A stretch of DNA of 64,000 nt from Candidatus Latescibacterota bacterium (GCA_963422735.1 OY730476.1:2016001-2080000), one strand, 5' to 3'; positions 1-13,162 are shown, numbered from the stretch's first letter. The notes: a model not told the origin generated them from the letters alone. Translations and numbers: made by a program.

Positions 1-1
1 A

Positions 2-283
2 GACGAAGACCGGCTCGCGCTGGCCCGCCGAGCGGTCGAGGAAAAAATGACCGTCCGCGAAGTCGAAAAGGCGGTCGCCGATCAGCGCGCGGGCCGCGGC
101 AAAAAGAAGCCTCCCAAAGAAGTCCACAGCGACCCCCACATACGCGACTATGAGGATCGGTTGCAGCACCGCTTCGGCACGGCGGTCAACATCCGCCGCA
201 AGGCAAACAAGGGGTGGATCCAGGTCGCATTTTACAACGATGGCGATCTAGAGCGGATACTCGATCTGCTCGACGGCGAATGA
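2..283 (+). CDS. parB: ParB/Spo0J chromosome partitioning protein, C-terminal part (5' end outside window)
   Basis: Frame open from base 2; LALARRAVEEKMTVREVE...LQHRFGTAVNI...KGWIQVAFYNDGDLERILD is the typical ParB C-terminal dimerisation region. Confidence 0.9.
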   Translation, partial: DEDRLALARRAVEEKMTVREVEKAVADQRAGRGKKKPPKEVHSDPHIRDYEDRLQHRFGTAVNIRRKANKGWIQVAFYNDGDLERILDLLDGE

Positions 284-1659
284 ACCTCGATTGGCGCTTC
301 TTGGCCCCACTCCTCGCCCTCGGTGCCTGTAGCTTGCTCCACGACGAGTTCCCCAACGATCCCCCGACCGTGCATTTGGCGCGGATGACCTGCCAGTCGC
401 CGGACAAGGCTTTCCTAGATACCCTGATCAATGGCGCGGATGTGGCCTGTCGGGTCCAGCGCGGCGGCGAGATTCGCTTTGAGGTACGCGCGACCGACGA
501 GGACGACGACCCCTTGTTCTACGAGTGGAGAGCCCCATCTGGAGGTAGCTTACGCGATCCGCAGGCCCAAGAAATCAACTCTTGGTTCGCCCCCCAAACC
601 ATCGCCAGCTCCAGCGAGCAATTTGTCGTGCAAGTCCTCATAGCCGACCGCAACTGCGATGTCGTACCCGATCTAGCCGACCGCCAGCACTGCGCCGAAG
701 ACGCACGAGTGCTGGTCGAAAACTTCCTCGTGGAGGTCGTGCAGCGCGAACCCGTGCTGGAAGTAACGACCGACGCGACCAGCGTGTTTAGCGCGCCGCA
801 GATATTTATCGACGCGTTTGGCATCGATCCAGACGGAGATCGGCTCGAATACCATTGGGGGCAGGTGGTCGGGGACAGCCTCAGCCTCTGGCCGGAGGCC
901 ATTCGCGACGAGGAAACCGGTCGGCAAATTGGATCGCGCGCCGTCGTCGTCGCCTTCTTTCCCGGCAGCCACAAACTGCGCGTTTCCGCCAGCGACGGCG
1001 CAGCGAGCACGGAGCGCGAAATCGCTTTCCACGTTCCAATCGAGCCGCCACTGCCGGCTGGCGGCATGGTCAGCCTCACTCTGCCAACGGATCAGGTATA
1101 TGAGATTGACGCGTACGAATACCCCAACGCCAAGGGCGAGTGGCCGCAGTCCGCTTCGTTTTTCCAAGCGGCGAGCTTATGTGCAGCCGAAGGCAAACGC
1201 CTATGCAGCCCGAGCGAGTGGAGCGCAGCTTGTCAAGCTGGCCAAATGCAGCGCTTTTCTTCAACCGACGACGTGGCAGCCTATGAAGGCCGCGACCACT
1301 TTGGCGTACGCTTCTGCAACGTGCCGGGTTCGGTCTTTTCCCAATTCAGGAACGACCCAGCCGCACAGCTTGCGCCCTCCGGCTCGTTTCCCAACTGCGG
1401 CGGCGCGACCGGCGTCTTTGACTTGACGGGCAACATAAACGAGTGGATAGCCGCTATCGACGACGCCGGAGACCTAGCGGTGTACGTCGCTGCAAGCAGT
1501 GTATCTGCTAGCGGTGCCTGCGACGGAGCGACCCTTGTGGGCACTCTGTCCATCGAGAGCCAAGACCCGTACGATATAGAGGTCTTAGCAGAAATCGTTG
1601 CCGACTCGCCCTTGCAAAACTACGAGCAGCCCCCCCTTGGGTTCCGCTGCTGCCGTTGA
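280..1659 (+). CDS. Putative lipoprotein with Ig/PKD-like N-terminal region and C-terminal FGE/sulfatase-modifying-factor-like domain
   Basis: ATG at 280 overlaps the parB TGA (ATGA); lipobox LGA-C; motifs [38 protein letters not shown] and terminal GFRCC. Confidence 0.75.
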   Translation: MNLDWRFLAPLLALGACSLLHDEFPNDPPTVHLARMTCQSPDKAFLDTLINGADVACRVQRGGEIRFEVRATDEDDDPLFYEWRAPSGGSLRDPQAQEINSWFAPQTIASSSEQFVVQVLIADRNCDVVPDLADRQHCAEDARVLVENFLVEVVQREPVLEVTTDATSVFSAPQIFIDAFGIDPDGDRLEYHWGQVVGDSLSLWPEAIRDEETGRQIGSRAVVVAFFPGSHKLRVSASDGAASTEREIAFHVPIEPPLPAGGMVSLTLPTDQVYEIDAYEYPNAKGEWPQSASFFQAASLCAAEGKRLCSPSEWSAACQAGQMQRFSSTDDVAAYEGRDHFGVRFCNVPGSVFSQFRNDPAAQLAPSGSFPNCGGATGVFDLTGNINEWIAAIDDAGDLAVYVAASSVSASGACDGATLVGTLSIESQDPYDIEVLAEIVADSPLQNYEQPPLGFRCCR

Positions 1660-1675
1660 TCCCACTTTCCCAGCC

Positions 1676-2431
1676 ATGGACCAAGACCAACTCCGCCAAC
1701 TGATAGAACAAGTCGCCACCGGTGAACTCGCGCCGAGCCAAGCCTTAGAGCGGCTTAGGAACCTGCCCTTTGAGAACCTTGGGTTTGCCCACGTCGATCA
1801 CCATCGCGCCCTGCGAACTGGTTTCCCGGAAGTCATTTTCGGCCAAGGCAAGACCTGCGAGCAGGTGCTGGCCATCGCCGAGCGCATAACCGCACATGGC
1901 GCACAGATGCTGGCCACCCGCGTCGAAGTGGCCACGGCCCACGCACTCATCGAGCGCTTTGACCGCGCCGAGCACGACCCCCTCGCCCGCACAGTCCTAG
2001 TACCAGGAGCCGAACGCCCCGCGTCTGAGGGCCTAGTGGCCGTCGTCACAGCCGGTACCTCGGACTTGCCCATAGCTCGCGAAGCCGTCGTCACAGCCCG
2101 CTCCATGGGCGCGCATGTCGAGGAGATTTTCGATGTCGGCGTCGCCGGCCTGCACCGACTCCTAGCGTACCGCGAGCTCTTGCAACGGGCGCGGGCCATC
2201 GTCGTGGTCGCTGGAATGGAAGGCGCGCTCGCCAGCGTCGTCGGTGGGCTGGTGGATGTTCCGGTTGTGGCCGTGCCGACTAGCGTGGGGTACGGCGCGA
2301 GTTTCCACGGCCTCGCCGCTCTCTTGGCCATGCTCAACTCCTGTGCGGCCGGCGTGGTCGTCGTCAATATCGACAATGGCTTTGGCGCCGGGTACGCGGC
2401 AGCTCAAATCAACCGCCGCCCCAGCCAGTGA
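1676..2431 (+). CDS. larB: Nickel-pincer cofactor biosynthesis protein LarB (PurE-like carboxylase)
   Basis: [59 protein letters not shown]. Confidence 0.92.
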   Translation: MDQDQLRQLIEQVATGELAPSQALERLRNLPFENLGFAHVDHHRALRTGFPEVIFGQGKTCEQVLAIAERITAHGAQMLATRVEVATAHALIERFDRAEHDPLARTVLVPGAERPASEGLVAVVTAGTSDLPIAREAVVTARSMGAHVEEIFDVGVAGLHRLLAYRELLQRARAIVVVAGMEGALASVVGGLVDVPVVAVPTSVGYGASFHGLAALLAMLNSCAAGVVVVNIDNGFGAGYAAAQINRRPSQ

Positions 2432-3036
2432 TCCACATCGCCATACTAGCCGGCGGCCAGAGCCGACGCATGGGCCGCGACAAGGCCCTCCTGCCACTAG
2501 GCGGCCAGGCCCTGATTGAGCGCGTCCTCGCTGCGGTACGCCCCCTCGCCTATCCCTGCCTCATCATTGGCGACCACGCCGCCTATGCTCACCTCGGGCG
2601 ACCCGTCCATCCCGACCGCTGCCCCGGACTCGGGCCATTGGGAGGCCTGTACACCGCGCTCAGCACAACCGCCGCGCCTGTGCTCCTCCTCGCCTGCGAC
2701 TTGCCCTTTCTCACTCCGGACTTCCTCGGCCACCTCGCCGACCGGCGCGGGCCGCATCAAGCGGTCGTGCCCTACACGGCCACAGGACTGCAACCGCTCT
2801 GCGCGCTCTACGAGCCATCCTGCTTGGCAGCCGTAGAAGCGGCCATACAGGCCGATAGGCTCGGCATGCGCGACCTGCTGGGCAATCTGAGTCTGGATTT
2901 GGTAAGGGAAAAGGATTGGCGGCCCTACGACGAGCGCGGCCTGCTTTTTGCCAATCTCAACGCGCCCGAGGAGTACGAGCAGGCACAAGCCGCACTCCTA
3001 AAACCCGGCATCCACCACGCTCAACACCAGCAATAG
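2428..3036 (+). CDS. mobA: Molybdenum cofactor guanylyltransferase
   Basis: [35 protein letters not shown]; GTG start overlaps larB stop. Confidence 0.88.
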   Translation: MIHIAILAGGQSRRMGRDKALLPLGGQALIERVLAAVRPLAYPCLIIGDHAAYAHLGRPVHPDRCPGLGPLGGLYTALSTTAAPVLLLACDLPFLTPDFLGHLADRRGPHQAVVPYTATGLQPLCALYEPSCLAAVEAAIQADRLGMRDLLGNLSLDLVREKDWRPYDERGLLFANLNAPEEYEQAQAALLKPGIHHAQHQQ

Positions 3037-3858
3037 CGGTAGGTAAAGGACCGAAGCCTTGAGCAGCCGCCGCGCACTAGTCACAGAGCGCGAGATGCCA
3101 AGCGCGAGACCGGAGGCGAGAAATAGTGCGCCCAACACTAGCGCCCCGACTAGATAGAACGGCCCGGTGAGGCCCATAAAAGAAGGCAACACCGAAAAAA
3201 TCAGCAGCAGCACTAAGTAGCCCACGACCTGCCAGCAAGTGCTGTTCCCATCCGGCTCGACAACGGGTAACATCTTGAAACCGCCGCGTCGATAGTCGTC
3301 GCGGAAGATCCATGCGATGGCGTAGAAATGAGGGTGCTGCCAAGCAAAGAGAATGAGAAAGAGGACCACGGACCCTGGGTCAATCGCGCCGGTCGCCGCC
3401 GTCCAGCCCCCTACCGGCGGCAGGGCCCCCGGCACGGCCCCCAGCGAGGTGTTGAGCCAATTTTGCCGCTTCATCGGGGTGTACACCACCACGTAGAGAA
3501 ATGCGGAGAGGAGTGCCAAAAACGCCGTCAATAGCCCAGCGGTAAAAAGCAGGAAAAACACCCCGCTTAAAACCAGCGCAAAACCCATCGACAGCGCGGT
3601 GCCCGGCTTGACGCGCCCGGTGGGCAGGGGCCGGTTGCGGGTGCGCTTCATCAAACCATCGACATCGCGTTCCAGATAGTGGTTGAGCACCGACGAGCCG
3701 GATGTGGTTAGACCCGTGCCGACGAGCAGGCAGCAAAAAAGCAGCGGCGCGTGGATGCCTTGCCCGCCCCAGAAAAACCCCAAAGCGGCCGTAACCAGTA
3801 CCAAAAAGGCAATTCTCGGTTTAGTCAGTTCCCAGTAGTCGTGCCAAGTAGCAGTCAT
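2998..3858 (-). CDS. cyoE: Protoheme IX farnesyltransferase (heme o synthase)
   Basis: ELTKPRI, D..MKRTRNRPLPTG, YTPMKR, GAVPGALPP, WQHPHF, DYRRGG; 39-bp convergent overlap with mobA. Confidence 0.93.
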   Translation of the reverse strand: MTATWHDYWELTKPRIAFLVLVTAALGFFWGGQGIHAPLLFCCLLVGTGLTTSGSSVLNHYLERDVDGLMKRTRNRPLPTGRVKPGTALSMGFALVLSGVFFLLFTAGLLTAFLALLSAFLYVVVYTPMKRQNWLNTSLGAVPGALPPVGGWTAATGAIDPGSVVLFLILFAWQHPHFYAIAWIFRDDYRRGGFKMLPVVEPDGNSTCWQVVGYLVLLLIFSVLPSFMGLTGPFYLVGALVLGALFLASGLALGISRSVTSARRLLKASVLYLPLLLVLSVVDAGF

Positions 3859-3887
3859 ATCTATCTCGTTCCGCAAGAAAAATATAA

Positions 3888-6277
<2,390 letters not shown>

Positions 6278-6285
6278 CTCCTAGC

Positions 6286-7719
6286 TCAGGCCAACGACGC
6301 AAATTCCCATTCCTCCAATTCCACCATCCCATCCACTACCACCGGCATTCCCACACCCAAACCTGCCCCTTGCAGCGACCCCACCTCAATCTTTCCTTCC
6401 CGCACATCCAAGGCCACCAACCCACTGCCCAACGCCCGATAGAGCTTCCCGTGCGTGGCCAAGCAGACCGCCTGCTCGTCCGCGGTCAAGTGATCCAACC
6501 CCCGCACGTAGTGATGTCCATTGCGCTCGACATGCGCGATCCCCAGCGCCGCCACATGCGCCAAATCTTGGTGCAAGGGTACCACCGGCAGATTCATCAG
6601 GTCCTCGCCCGAGAGAAAACAGCCCTCCCGCCGCGCCAACGCCAGATTGGCCAGTGCCTTGACCAGCCCTTTGCACGCCTTGGACGAAACGCCTTCGTAT
6701 CCCAGTGCTAACGCCCGACGAAAGGTGTCCAGCGCATCGTCCGACTCGTCAATGAGCAAGGGACGACGCGCAGCGGCGGCCCGGATGCCCGGTTCTAGGG
6801 CAGCATCCAAAGCCACGCTCCGCTCTAGGGGCTGCTCGACATAGATAATGCGCTCGTACAAACGCGGATGTGCGGCTGCAATGCCATCGATCAAGCCGAT
6901 GAGAGAGTCCATTTCCCGGTATTGTTCGTTGCCGTCGAGCGTGACCTTGTACTCGGCGTCGCGCCTGTCCAACACCTCGGCAATCGCGGCCAACCGCGCC
7001 AAGTCGGCCTCCAAGTCGCCATTTACCTTGATCTTGAAGTACGTCAATCCCTGGCACTCGACGCAATCGGCCAGTGATTGCGGCAACCCGTCGTCCAACC
7101 GCTCCTCGGGTGCAATATCGCTTGGGACAATCGGATCGGACAATCCCACCGTGTGCCGCACGTGCAACTGCGCGAGTGGCGCAGCCCCTATCACTTGGCT
7201 GGGCTCTACCCCTTGCAACTCGGGGTGAATCGCCCCTAGCTCCAAGCCGAGGAGATTGGCCTTGAGCAACTCAAAGTAACTCGCGCCTACCCCGCATCCC
7301 ACTGCGTCGATCAGGGCGCGCTCCATCAGCGTACTGCCGTGGACAGCGGTCAACCGATTCAGGCCGTGTGCGTCGCCAGCGGATACCGTCTGTGCATAGC
7401 CGGCCTGCCATATTGTAAAGAATGGCTGAGGGGACCGCGCCGCATCCAAATACGCTGCGCGCGCTGCACGCGCCGCCCACAGCAAGTCAGCGACATTGTC
7501 TTCGTAGCTTTTGGCCGGGTCCTTGTCGAACCACTTAGGTGGGAGGATGTCGGCTGCAACCCCTTGTACCGGAGTACCATTTTTTAGAGCCCCCTGAGCC
7601 ACCACGTGGAGGATCGGCACGGCGGTCAGCACGGCCGCGCCGTATTTGAAGGGCATGCGGGTATGCACATTCCGCATGTAGAACCGCACCTCCTCAAGCT
7701 TTATTTTTACGGCATTCAC
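6286..7719 (-). CDS. Enolase-superfamily (MR/MLE-like) protein, paralogue B
   Basis: YFKIK (KxK), LDGNEQY, YVEQP, IDESD, SKACKG, ERNGHHY; 4-nt overlap with upstream paralogue. Confidence 0.8.
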   Translation of the reverse strand: MNAVKIKLEEVRFYMRNVHTRMPFKYGAAVLTAVPILHVVAQGALKNGTPVQGVAADILPPKWFDKDPAKSYEDNVADLLWAARAARAAYLDAARSPQPFFTIWQAGYAQTVSAGDAHGLNRLTAVHGSTLMERALIDAVGCGVGASYFELLKANLLGLELGAIHPELQGVEPSQVIGAAPLAQLHVRHTVGLSDPIVPSDIAPEERLDDGLPQSLADCVECQGLTYFKIKVNGDLEADLARLAAIAEVLDRRDAEYKVTLDGNEQYREMDSLIGLIDGIAAAHPRLYERIIYVEQPLERSVALDAALEPGIRAAAARRPLLIDESDDALDTFRRALALGYEGVSSKACKGLVKALANLALARREGCFLSGEDLMNLPVVPLHQDLAHVAALGIAHVERNGHHYVRGLDHLTADEQAVCLATHGKLYRALGSGLVALDVREGKIEVGSLQGAGLGVGMPVVVDGMVELEEWEFASLA

Positions 7720-9152
7720 GAGAATTGCGCCTCCGCCAGCGGCTTCATAGCCGCGATATCGACCGCGCCATCAACCGCGAGACCAGGCCGTTGTAGCGAG
7801 CCGACCGCGATTTGGCCCTCGCGAATGTCGAGAAAGCCACTCTGGCCCTCAAAGCGGTACAGATCGCCGTGCCGCTCAAAGCACCACGCCCGCTCGGCGG
7901 CCGACAAGTGGTCCAGCCCCCGCACGTAGTGGTGCCCATTGCGCTCAACGTGTCTGATCCCCAACGCCGCCACATGCGCTAAATCCTGGTGTAGCGACAC
8001 CACCGGCACCGCAGTCAAATCCTCGGCCGAGACAAAGCAGGGACAGCCTGCAGTTGTGCGCTGCGAGGCGAGCGCACTGTTGGCCAGTGCCTTGACCAAC
8101 CCCTTGCAACACTTGGACGAGACGCCGCTGTATCCCAAGTCCAACGCGCGGCGGAAGGAGTCCAAGGATTCGTCCGACTCGTCGATCAGCAGGGGGCGTT
8201 TCGCCGCCAACACCTCAAGGTCGCTCTTTAGCGCGGGATCGAGGGAAAGGGCGCGGTCCATGGGCTGCTCGACGTAGAGGATGCGGTGGTAAAACGCCCC
8301 CACGTCCTTTTCAACCTGCTCCAGCAAAGCCAGCAAATCGGCCGCGTTGCCGTACTGTTCGTTGCCGTCGAGCGTGATGTAGTACTCCGCGCCGCTCTCG
8401 TCCAACAGCGAGGCAATTTCTGCTAAGCGGTCGAAATCGGCCGCGGGATCGCCGCCGATTTTGAGCTTGAAATAGCGCAGACCCTGGCACTGAATGCATT
8501 CTTCCAAGGACTGCGGCAACCCGTCGTTCAACCGCTCCTCGGGCGCAATCGCGGCCGTGCGGATGGGATCAACCAAGCCGACCGTATGGCGGACATACAG
8601 CGAGCGCACCGGCTCCGCCGGCAGTACCGCCGCAAGCTCCAACCCCTCTAGCTGCGGGTGAATCCCCCCCAGCACCAACCCGAGGACATTGCCCTGCAAC
8701 AGTGCAAAATAGGGCTGCCCCAAAGCAACCCCCAAGCCGTCGATGAGTGCCCGCTCCATCAGGGCCGCGCCGTTGGACGCCAGAAGGTAGTTCGTGCCCC
8801 GCGCCCGGCCCCACGCCCGACTAGCCTCGTAGCCTGCCTCCCATATTGCGAATGGGGTCGCGCCTGTTCGACCCGACTCCCGATAAGCAACGGCGGCCGC
8901 TCGCGCTCCATCCACCAAGTCCCGGAGGCCCTCGGCGATCGACTTGCTTGGGTTTTTGTCGAACCACTTAGGCGACAGCATGTCCGCAGCCCAACCCCGC
9001 GCTCGACGGCCATTGCCCAGCTCTAGGTCCATGGCCACGTGTAGCGCGGTCAGGCTATCAGCGACCACGTTGCCGAACTTAAAGGGCATGCGCATCGGCA
9101 TGTCGCGCACGTAAAATTCGATGTCTTTAATCGCCACCAACATTCGGCTCAA
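7716..9152 (-). CDS. Enolase-superfamily (MR/MLE-like) protein, paralogue A
   Basis: YFKLK, LDGNEQY, YVEQP, IDESD, SKCCKG, ERNGHHY; collinear with 6286-7719; TTG start overlaps argH stop (alternative ATG at 9143). Confidence 0.8.
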   Translation of the reverse strand: MSRMLVAIKDIEFYVRDMPMRMPFKFGNVVADSLTALHVAMDLELGNGRRARGWAADMLSPKWFDKNPSKSIAEGLRDLVDGARAAAVAYRESGRTGATPFAIWEAGYEASRAWGRARGTNYLLASNGAALMERALIDGLGVALGQPYFALLQGNVLGLVLGGIHPQLEGLELAAVLPAEPVRSLYVRHTVGLVDPIRTAAIAPEERLNDGLPQSLEECIQCQGLRYFKLKIGGDPAADFDRLAEIASLLDESGAEYYITLDGNEQYGNAADLLALLEQVEKDVGAFYHRILYVEQPMDRALSLDPALKSDLEVLAAKRPLLIDESDESLDSFRRALDLGYSGVSSKCCKGLVKALANSALASQRTTAGCPCFVSAEDLTAVPVVSLHQDLAHVAALGIRHVERNGHHYVRGLDHLSAAERAWCFERHGDLYRFEGQSGFLDIREGQIAVGSLQRPGLAVDGAVDIAAMKPLAEAQFS

Positions 9153-10534
9153 CTCGCGGCCAAGGCACGCCGCGCCTTTTCCATCTGTTCGGCCACGGCC
9201 TGCGGGCCGGTGCCGCCTTCTATATTACGGCGCGCCAAGCTGTGGCGCACATCGAGCAGGCCCATCGCGTCCTCGCCGAAATCCGCGCTGTGTGTGCGCA
9301 GATCGTCCAAGCAGAGATCGGTGAGGGCGCGGCCTTGCTCTAGCGAGTCTCGCACCAAGCGGCCGACGACGCGATGGGCCTCGCGGAAAGGCACCCCTTG
9401 GCCCACCAAATGGTCGGCCAAATCCGTTGCCAAGGCCGTGGAATCCACCGCGGACTCCATCCGCTCGGCATGCACCTCCATGCTCTCCCAAGCACCGGCG
9501 AAAACCTCTAGGCAAATAGCCGATGTTTCCAGCGCGTCGAAGAGCGGCTCCTTGTCTTCCTGCAGATCCTTGGCATAAGTCAACGGTACGGCCTTCATCG
9601 TCGTCAGCAACGCCATCAGGCTGCCGTACACCCGGCCGGTTTTGCCGCGCACCAGCTCCAGCGCGTCCGGGTTTTTCTTTTGCGGCATCATGCTAGAGCC
9701 GGTGGCAAAGTGATCGTCGAGCTCGACAAAGCCAAACTCCGACGACGACCAGAGGATCAAATCCTCACAGAAGCGGCTCAAGTGCATCATTAGGATCGCC
9801 AGCGCGGACAGGGTCTCGAGCAGAAAATCGCGATCGCTGACCGCGTCGAGGCTGTTAGGAGTAACCTGCGAAAACCCGAGTTCGCGGGCGAGGAAGGCTC
9901 GGTCGAGCGGAAACGCGCTCCCAGCCAACGCCCCGGAACCCAACGGCAGAAAGTCGGCCCGACGCCAAGCGTCCCCCAGCCGCCCGCGGTCGCGCTCCAG
10001 CATCCAGAACAGCGACAGCGCGTAGTGGGGAAAAAGCACCGGTTGCGCCTGTTGTAAGTGAGTGTAGCCGGGCAGCACCACGCGACTGTGCCGCTCGCCC
10101 GACGCCAGCAGCACGCCTTGCAGGTGGCGAATCTGAGCCTGAAGCGACGCAATCGCGCCCCGCAGGTAGAGCCGCTCGTCTAAGTTGACTTGGTCGTTGC
10201 GGCTGCGCCCGGTGTGCAATTTGCCCCCGGCTGGCCCGATCAGCTCGGTCAGCCGCTGCTCCACCGCCATGTGGATGTCTTCAAGCGCGTCGGGAAGTGT
10301 GCAGTCCGGGGCTGAAAATTCTTCCTGCACCTGCCTTAGCCCCACTTCGATCTGCTCCAATTCCCCAGCACTGAGGATGCCGGCCCGCTGCAGAGCGCGG
10401 GCGTAGGCCACGCTGCCCGCAACATCGGCCTTCAACAGCTTGCGGTCGAAGCCAATAGAGGCGTTGAAGCGCTCCATCAACTCGGCCGGCGCGGACTGAA
10501 ACCGCCCGCCCCAAGGCGTTTGTACCTCGGCCAT
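9149..10534 (-). CDS. argH: Argininosuccinate lyase
   Basis: WGGRF, EDIH, LHTGRSRNDQ, PGYTHLQ, GSSMMPQKKNPD signature. Confidence 0.98.
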   Translation of the reverse strand: MAEVQTPWGGRFQSAPAELMERFNASIGFDRKLLKADVAGSVAYARALQRAGILSAGELEQIEVGLRQVQEEFSAPDCTLPDALEDIHMAVEQRLTELIGPAGGKLHTGRSRNDQVNLDERLYLRGAIASLQAQIRHLQGVLLASGERHSRVVLPGYTHLQQAQPVLFPHYALSLFWMLERDRGRLGDAWRRADFLPLGSGALAGSAFPLDRAFLARELGFSQVTPNSLDAVSDRDFLLETLSALAILMMHLSRFCEDLILWSSSEFGFVELDDHFATGSSMMPQKKNPDALELVRGKTGRVYGSLMALLTTMKAVPLTYAKDLQEDKEPLFDALETSAICLEVFAGAWESMEVHAERMESAVDSTALATDLADHLVGQGVPFREAHRVVGRLVRDSLEQGRALTDLCLDDLRTHSADFGEDAMGLLDVRHSLARRNIEGGTGPQAVAEQMEKARRALAAS

Positions 10535-11730
10535 CAGACACTTTGACGCAAGATCTCGTCGAATACATCTACTACTTCGTCGATGCGATCCCGCTCGACG
10601 ACCAGCGGCGGCAAAAAGCGCACCACATCGGCCCCGGCCGTGGCCACTAAGATGTCGCGCTGGCGGAAGGCGGTTAGGTAGTCGGCGGCCGGCTGGCGAG
10701 TGACCGCGCCGACTATCAGGCCTTTGCCACGGATTTCGGCGATGTGCTCAGGCCAGCGCTGTTGCAGCTTTTGCAGGCGACCGATTAGGTATTCGCCTTT
10801 TTCGCGCACCTCGTCGATAAAGCCCGGCTCCAGCAGCTTGCCCAAGACCGAGGTCGCCGCGGCGCAAGCCACGGGATTGGCACCGAATGTCGCGGCGTGA
10901 TCACCGGCCTCGATGGCGTCGGCGACCTTCTGCCGCAAGAGCGCGACGCCGATTGGCAAGCCACCGCCGAGGGCCTTGGCCAAGGTCATAATATCCGGCT
11001 CAACCCCGTATTGTTGATAGGCCCACAGCGAGCCTAAGCGCCCGCACCCCACTTGGATCTCGTCGAAAACCAGCAGCATCTCCCGCTCGTCGCACAGGTG
11101 CCTCAGCCCGGCGAGAAATTCCCCAGTCGCGGCGTGGATCCCACCCTCGGCTTGCAACGGCTCGACCAAAATCGCGCAGGTCTGATCTGTGACCAGCGAC
11201 TCCACGGAGGCCAAATCATTGAATTGGGCGAAGTCGATGCCCGGCAGCAGCGGCTCGAACCCCTTGTGGTACTTGGGCTGGCCGGTCGTCGAGATGGATC
11301 CATACGTCCGCCCGTGAAAGGAATTTTCAAAGGCGATGAGGCGGTTTTTGGGTGGGTCGTGGGTGGTGTTGCCCCACTTGCGGCAGAACTTGAGCGAAGC
11401 CTCCCATGCCTCGGTGCCGCTGTTGCAGAAGAACACCCGGTCGGCAAACGAGTGCTCGACCAGCCGCTGCGCCAGTGTTACCGAGGGGATTGTGTGGTAG
11501 AGGTTAGACACGTGCATCAGCTTGGAGGCCTGGGTCTCAATGGCCTTGAGCACCTCGTAGTCGCCATAGCCCAGCGCGTTGACCGCCAAGCCGCTGACAA
11601 AATCGAGGTAGCGGTTGCCGTTCATGTCGAAGAGATAGACCCCATTGCCTCGCTCTAGTACGAACTCGGGCCGACCATAGGTCTGCAAAATGTATTGCGC
11701 TTCGCCCTTGATAATGTCTTCGGTTTTCAT
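10534..11730 (-). CDS. argD: Acetylornithine aminotransferase (class III PLP)
   Basis: FFCNSGTEA, SFHGRT, EPLQAEGG, FDEIQVG, AKALGGG; arg operon context. Confidence 0.93.
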   Translation of the reverse strand: MKTEDIIKGEAQYILQTYGRPEFVLERGNGVYLFDMNGNRYLDFVSGLAVNALGYGDYEVLKAIETQASKLMHVSNLYHTIPSVTLAQRLVEHSFADRVFFCNSGTEAWEASLKFCRKWGNTTHDPPKNRLIAFENSFHGRTYGSISTTGQPKYHKGFEPLLPGIDFAQFNDLASVESLVTDQTCAILVEPLQAEGGIHAATGEFLAGLRHLCDEREMLLVFDEIQVGCGRLGSLWAYQQYGVEPDIMTLAKALGGGLPIGVALLRQKVADAIEAGDHAATFGANPVACAAATSVLGKLLEPGFIDEVREKGEYLIGRLQKLQQRWPEHIAEIRGKGLIVGAVTRQPAADYLTAFRQRDILVATAGADVVRFLPPLVVERDRIDEVVDVFDEILRQSV

Positions 11731-11746
11731 GGTTTGCTCCGTCGTC

Positions 11747-12637
11747 CTACTGGACAATTTGGGTCCCAATGCCCTGCCGGGTGTAAAACTCGAGTAACAT
11801 CGCATGCGGCACGCGCCCGTCAATGACGTGAGTTTTGCGCACGCCGGCTTTGACGGACTTGACACAGGCTTCTACCTTGGGAATCATACCACCGCGGATC
11901 ACCCCTTGATCAATCAACTCGCCCACCTCAGAGACGCGCACAGTTGACAGCAGAGATGCATCGTCTCCGAGATCCCGCATGACGCCCTGCACGTCCGTCA
12001 AAAAAACCAATTTCTCCGCGTGTAGGGCTACGGCAATTTCCCCGGCCGCTGTATCGGCGTTGACGTTGAAGCTCTCGCCTTCCGGGCCGCGACCAATCGG
12101 CGCAACCACCGGGATCATGCCCTTGTCTATCAAGTTCAACAAAGGCGCGGTATCCACGTGCTTGACATCGCCGACGTAACCGATGTTCATGGCACCGCCA
12201 TCGGTCTGGACCCAGTGCTTGTGCACCTGCATGATCCCGGCATCCTTGGCCGAAACGCCCACGGCTCGCCCGTCCAGTTCGCCAAGCTCGCGGACGATCA
12301 GCGCGTTGACCTCGCCAAAGAGCACATCCTCAACCACCTTCATCGTCGCCTCGTCCGTCACCCGCAGCCCAGCTACGCGCTGGCTCTCAATACCCAACTC
12401 TTGCAGGCGGCGAGTGATGGCCGGACCACCTCCGTGGACCACGACCGGATAGATCCCGACCGCCTGCATGAAGACAATGTCCTTGTGTACGGTGTCTCCA
12501 CTGCCCATGGTGCTGCCGCCGTATTTGACGACCATCACTTTGCCGCGGAATTCCTGTAGATACGGCAGGGCCTCGATCAGTGTCTCGGCTTTGCCGATAT
12601 GGACTTGCAAGTCCTGCAAGACTTCGGCGTCCATCAC
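11747..12637 (-). CDS. argB: Acetylglutamate kinase
   Basis: VVKYGG, VVHGGGP, GLRVTD, NVNADTAA, LTDVQG, GGMIPK. Confidence 0.95.
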   Translation of the reverse strand: MMDAEVLQDLQVHIGKAETLIEALPYLQEFRGKVMVVKYGGSTMGSGDTVHKDIVFMQAVGIYPVVVHGGGPAITRRLQELGIESQRVAGLRVTDEATMKVVEDVLFGEVNALIVRELGELDGRAVGVSAKDAGIMQVHKHWVQTDGGAMNIGYVGDVKHVDTAPLLNLIDKGMIPVVAPIGRGPEGESFNVNADTAAGEIAVALHAEKLVFLTDVQGVMRDLGDDASLLSTVRVSEVGELIDQGVIRGGMIPKVEACVKSVKAGVRKTHVIDGRVPHAMLLEFYTRQGIGTQIVQ

Positions 12638-13101
12638 TGCTCCTCACTGCACACCGCGTTGATCTTATAGACTAACGCAGCCGCATCTTGCTCGGAACGA
12701 GTGACGATAAAGATCGTGTTCTCGCCGGCAAGCGTGCCCGCGACCTCAGCCCAACCAATGCGATCAATGGCCTCACAGACGCTCTGGGCGTGCCCCGACG
12801 AGGTCCGCACCAGCACCATGTTGATCACTTGTTCGGTCTGGACCAAGAAGTCCTGCAACTCTCGCTCTATAATGTGTAGGTCGCGTAGCGTAGCCCCAGC
12901 TCCGGGCAGCGTATAGCGAAATCCCCCATCGGCCTGCGGCACCCGGACCACGCCTATTTCGCGCAAGTCTTTCGACAAGGTTGACTGGCTGACCTCAATG
13001 CCCTGTTGCTGGAGGACCTCGGCCAATTTCTCGTGCGTATCAATGGCACTTCTGTAGATCAGATCCCGTATGCGAGCCTGCCGCATCTGTTTATTTCGCA
13101 T
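12634..13101 (-). CDS. argR: Arginine repressor
   Basis: RQARI, SQSTLSKDLREIG, GTLAGENTIF. Confidence 0.93.
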   Translation of the reverse strand: MRNKQMRQARIRDLIYRSAIDTHEKLAEVLQQQGIEVSQSTLSKDLREIGVVRVPQADGGFRYTLPGAGATLRDLHIIERELQDFLVQTEQVINMVLVRTSSGHAQSVCEAIDRIGWAEVAGTLAGENTIFIVTRSEQDAAALVYKINAVCSEEQ

Positions 13102-13162
13102 AATTTTTATTATTTAATTGAAATAAAAATTTAAAGTTAGCGCACCGTAGGGACTGTGTCAA
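13102..13162 (-). promoter_or_regulatory. arg operon promoter and candidate ArgR operator
   Basis: TTGACA (13162-13157)-17 nt-TAACTT (13139-13134), followed by AT-only inverted repeat AATTTTTAT/ATAAAAATT (13102-13110 / 13123-13131). Confidence 0.7.

Noticed and set aside
1400-1659. FGE/CLec-fold C-terminus as a DGR variable region
   Set aside because: No template repeat or reverse transcriptase seen in the window
7716-9152. Enolase paralogues as an assembly duplication
   Set aside because: Copies are substantially diverged at nucleotide and protein level
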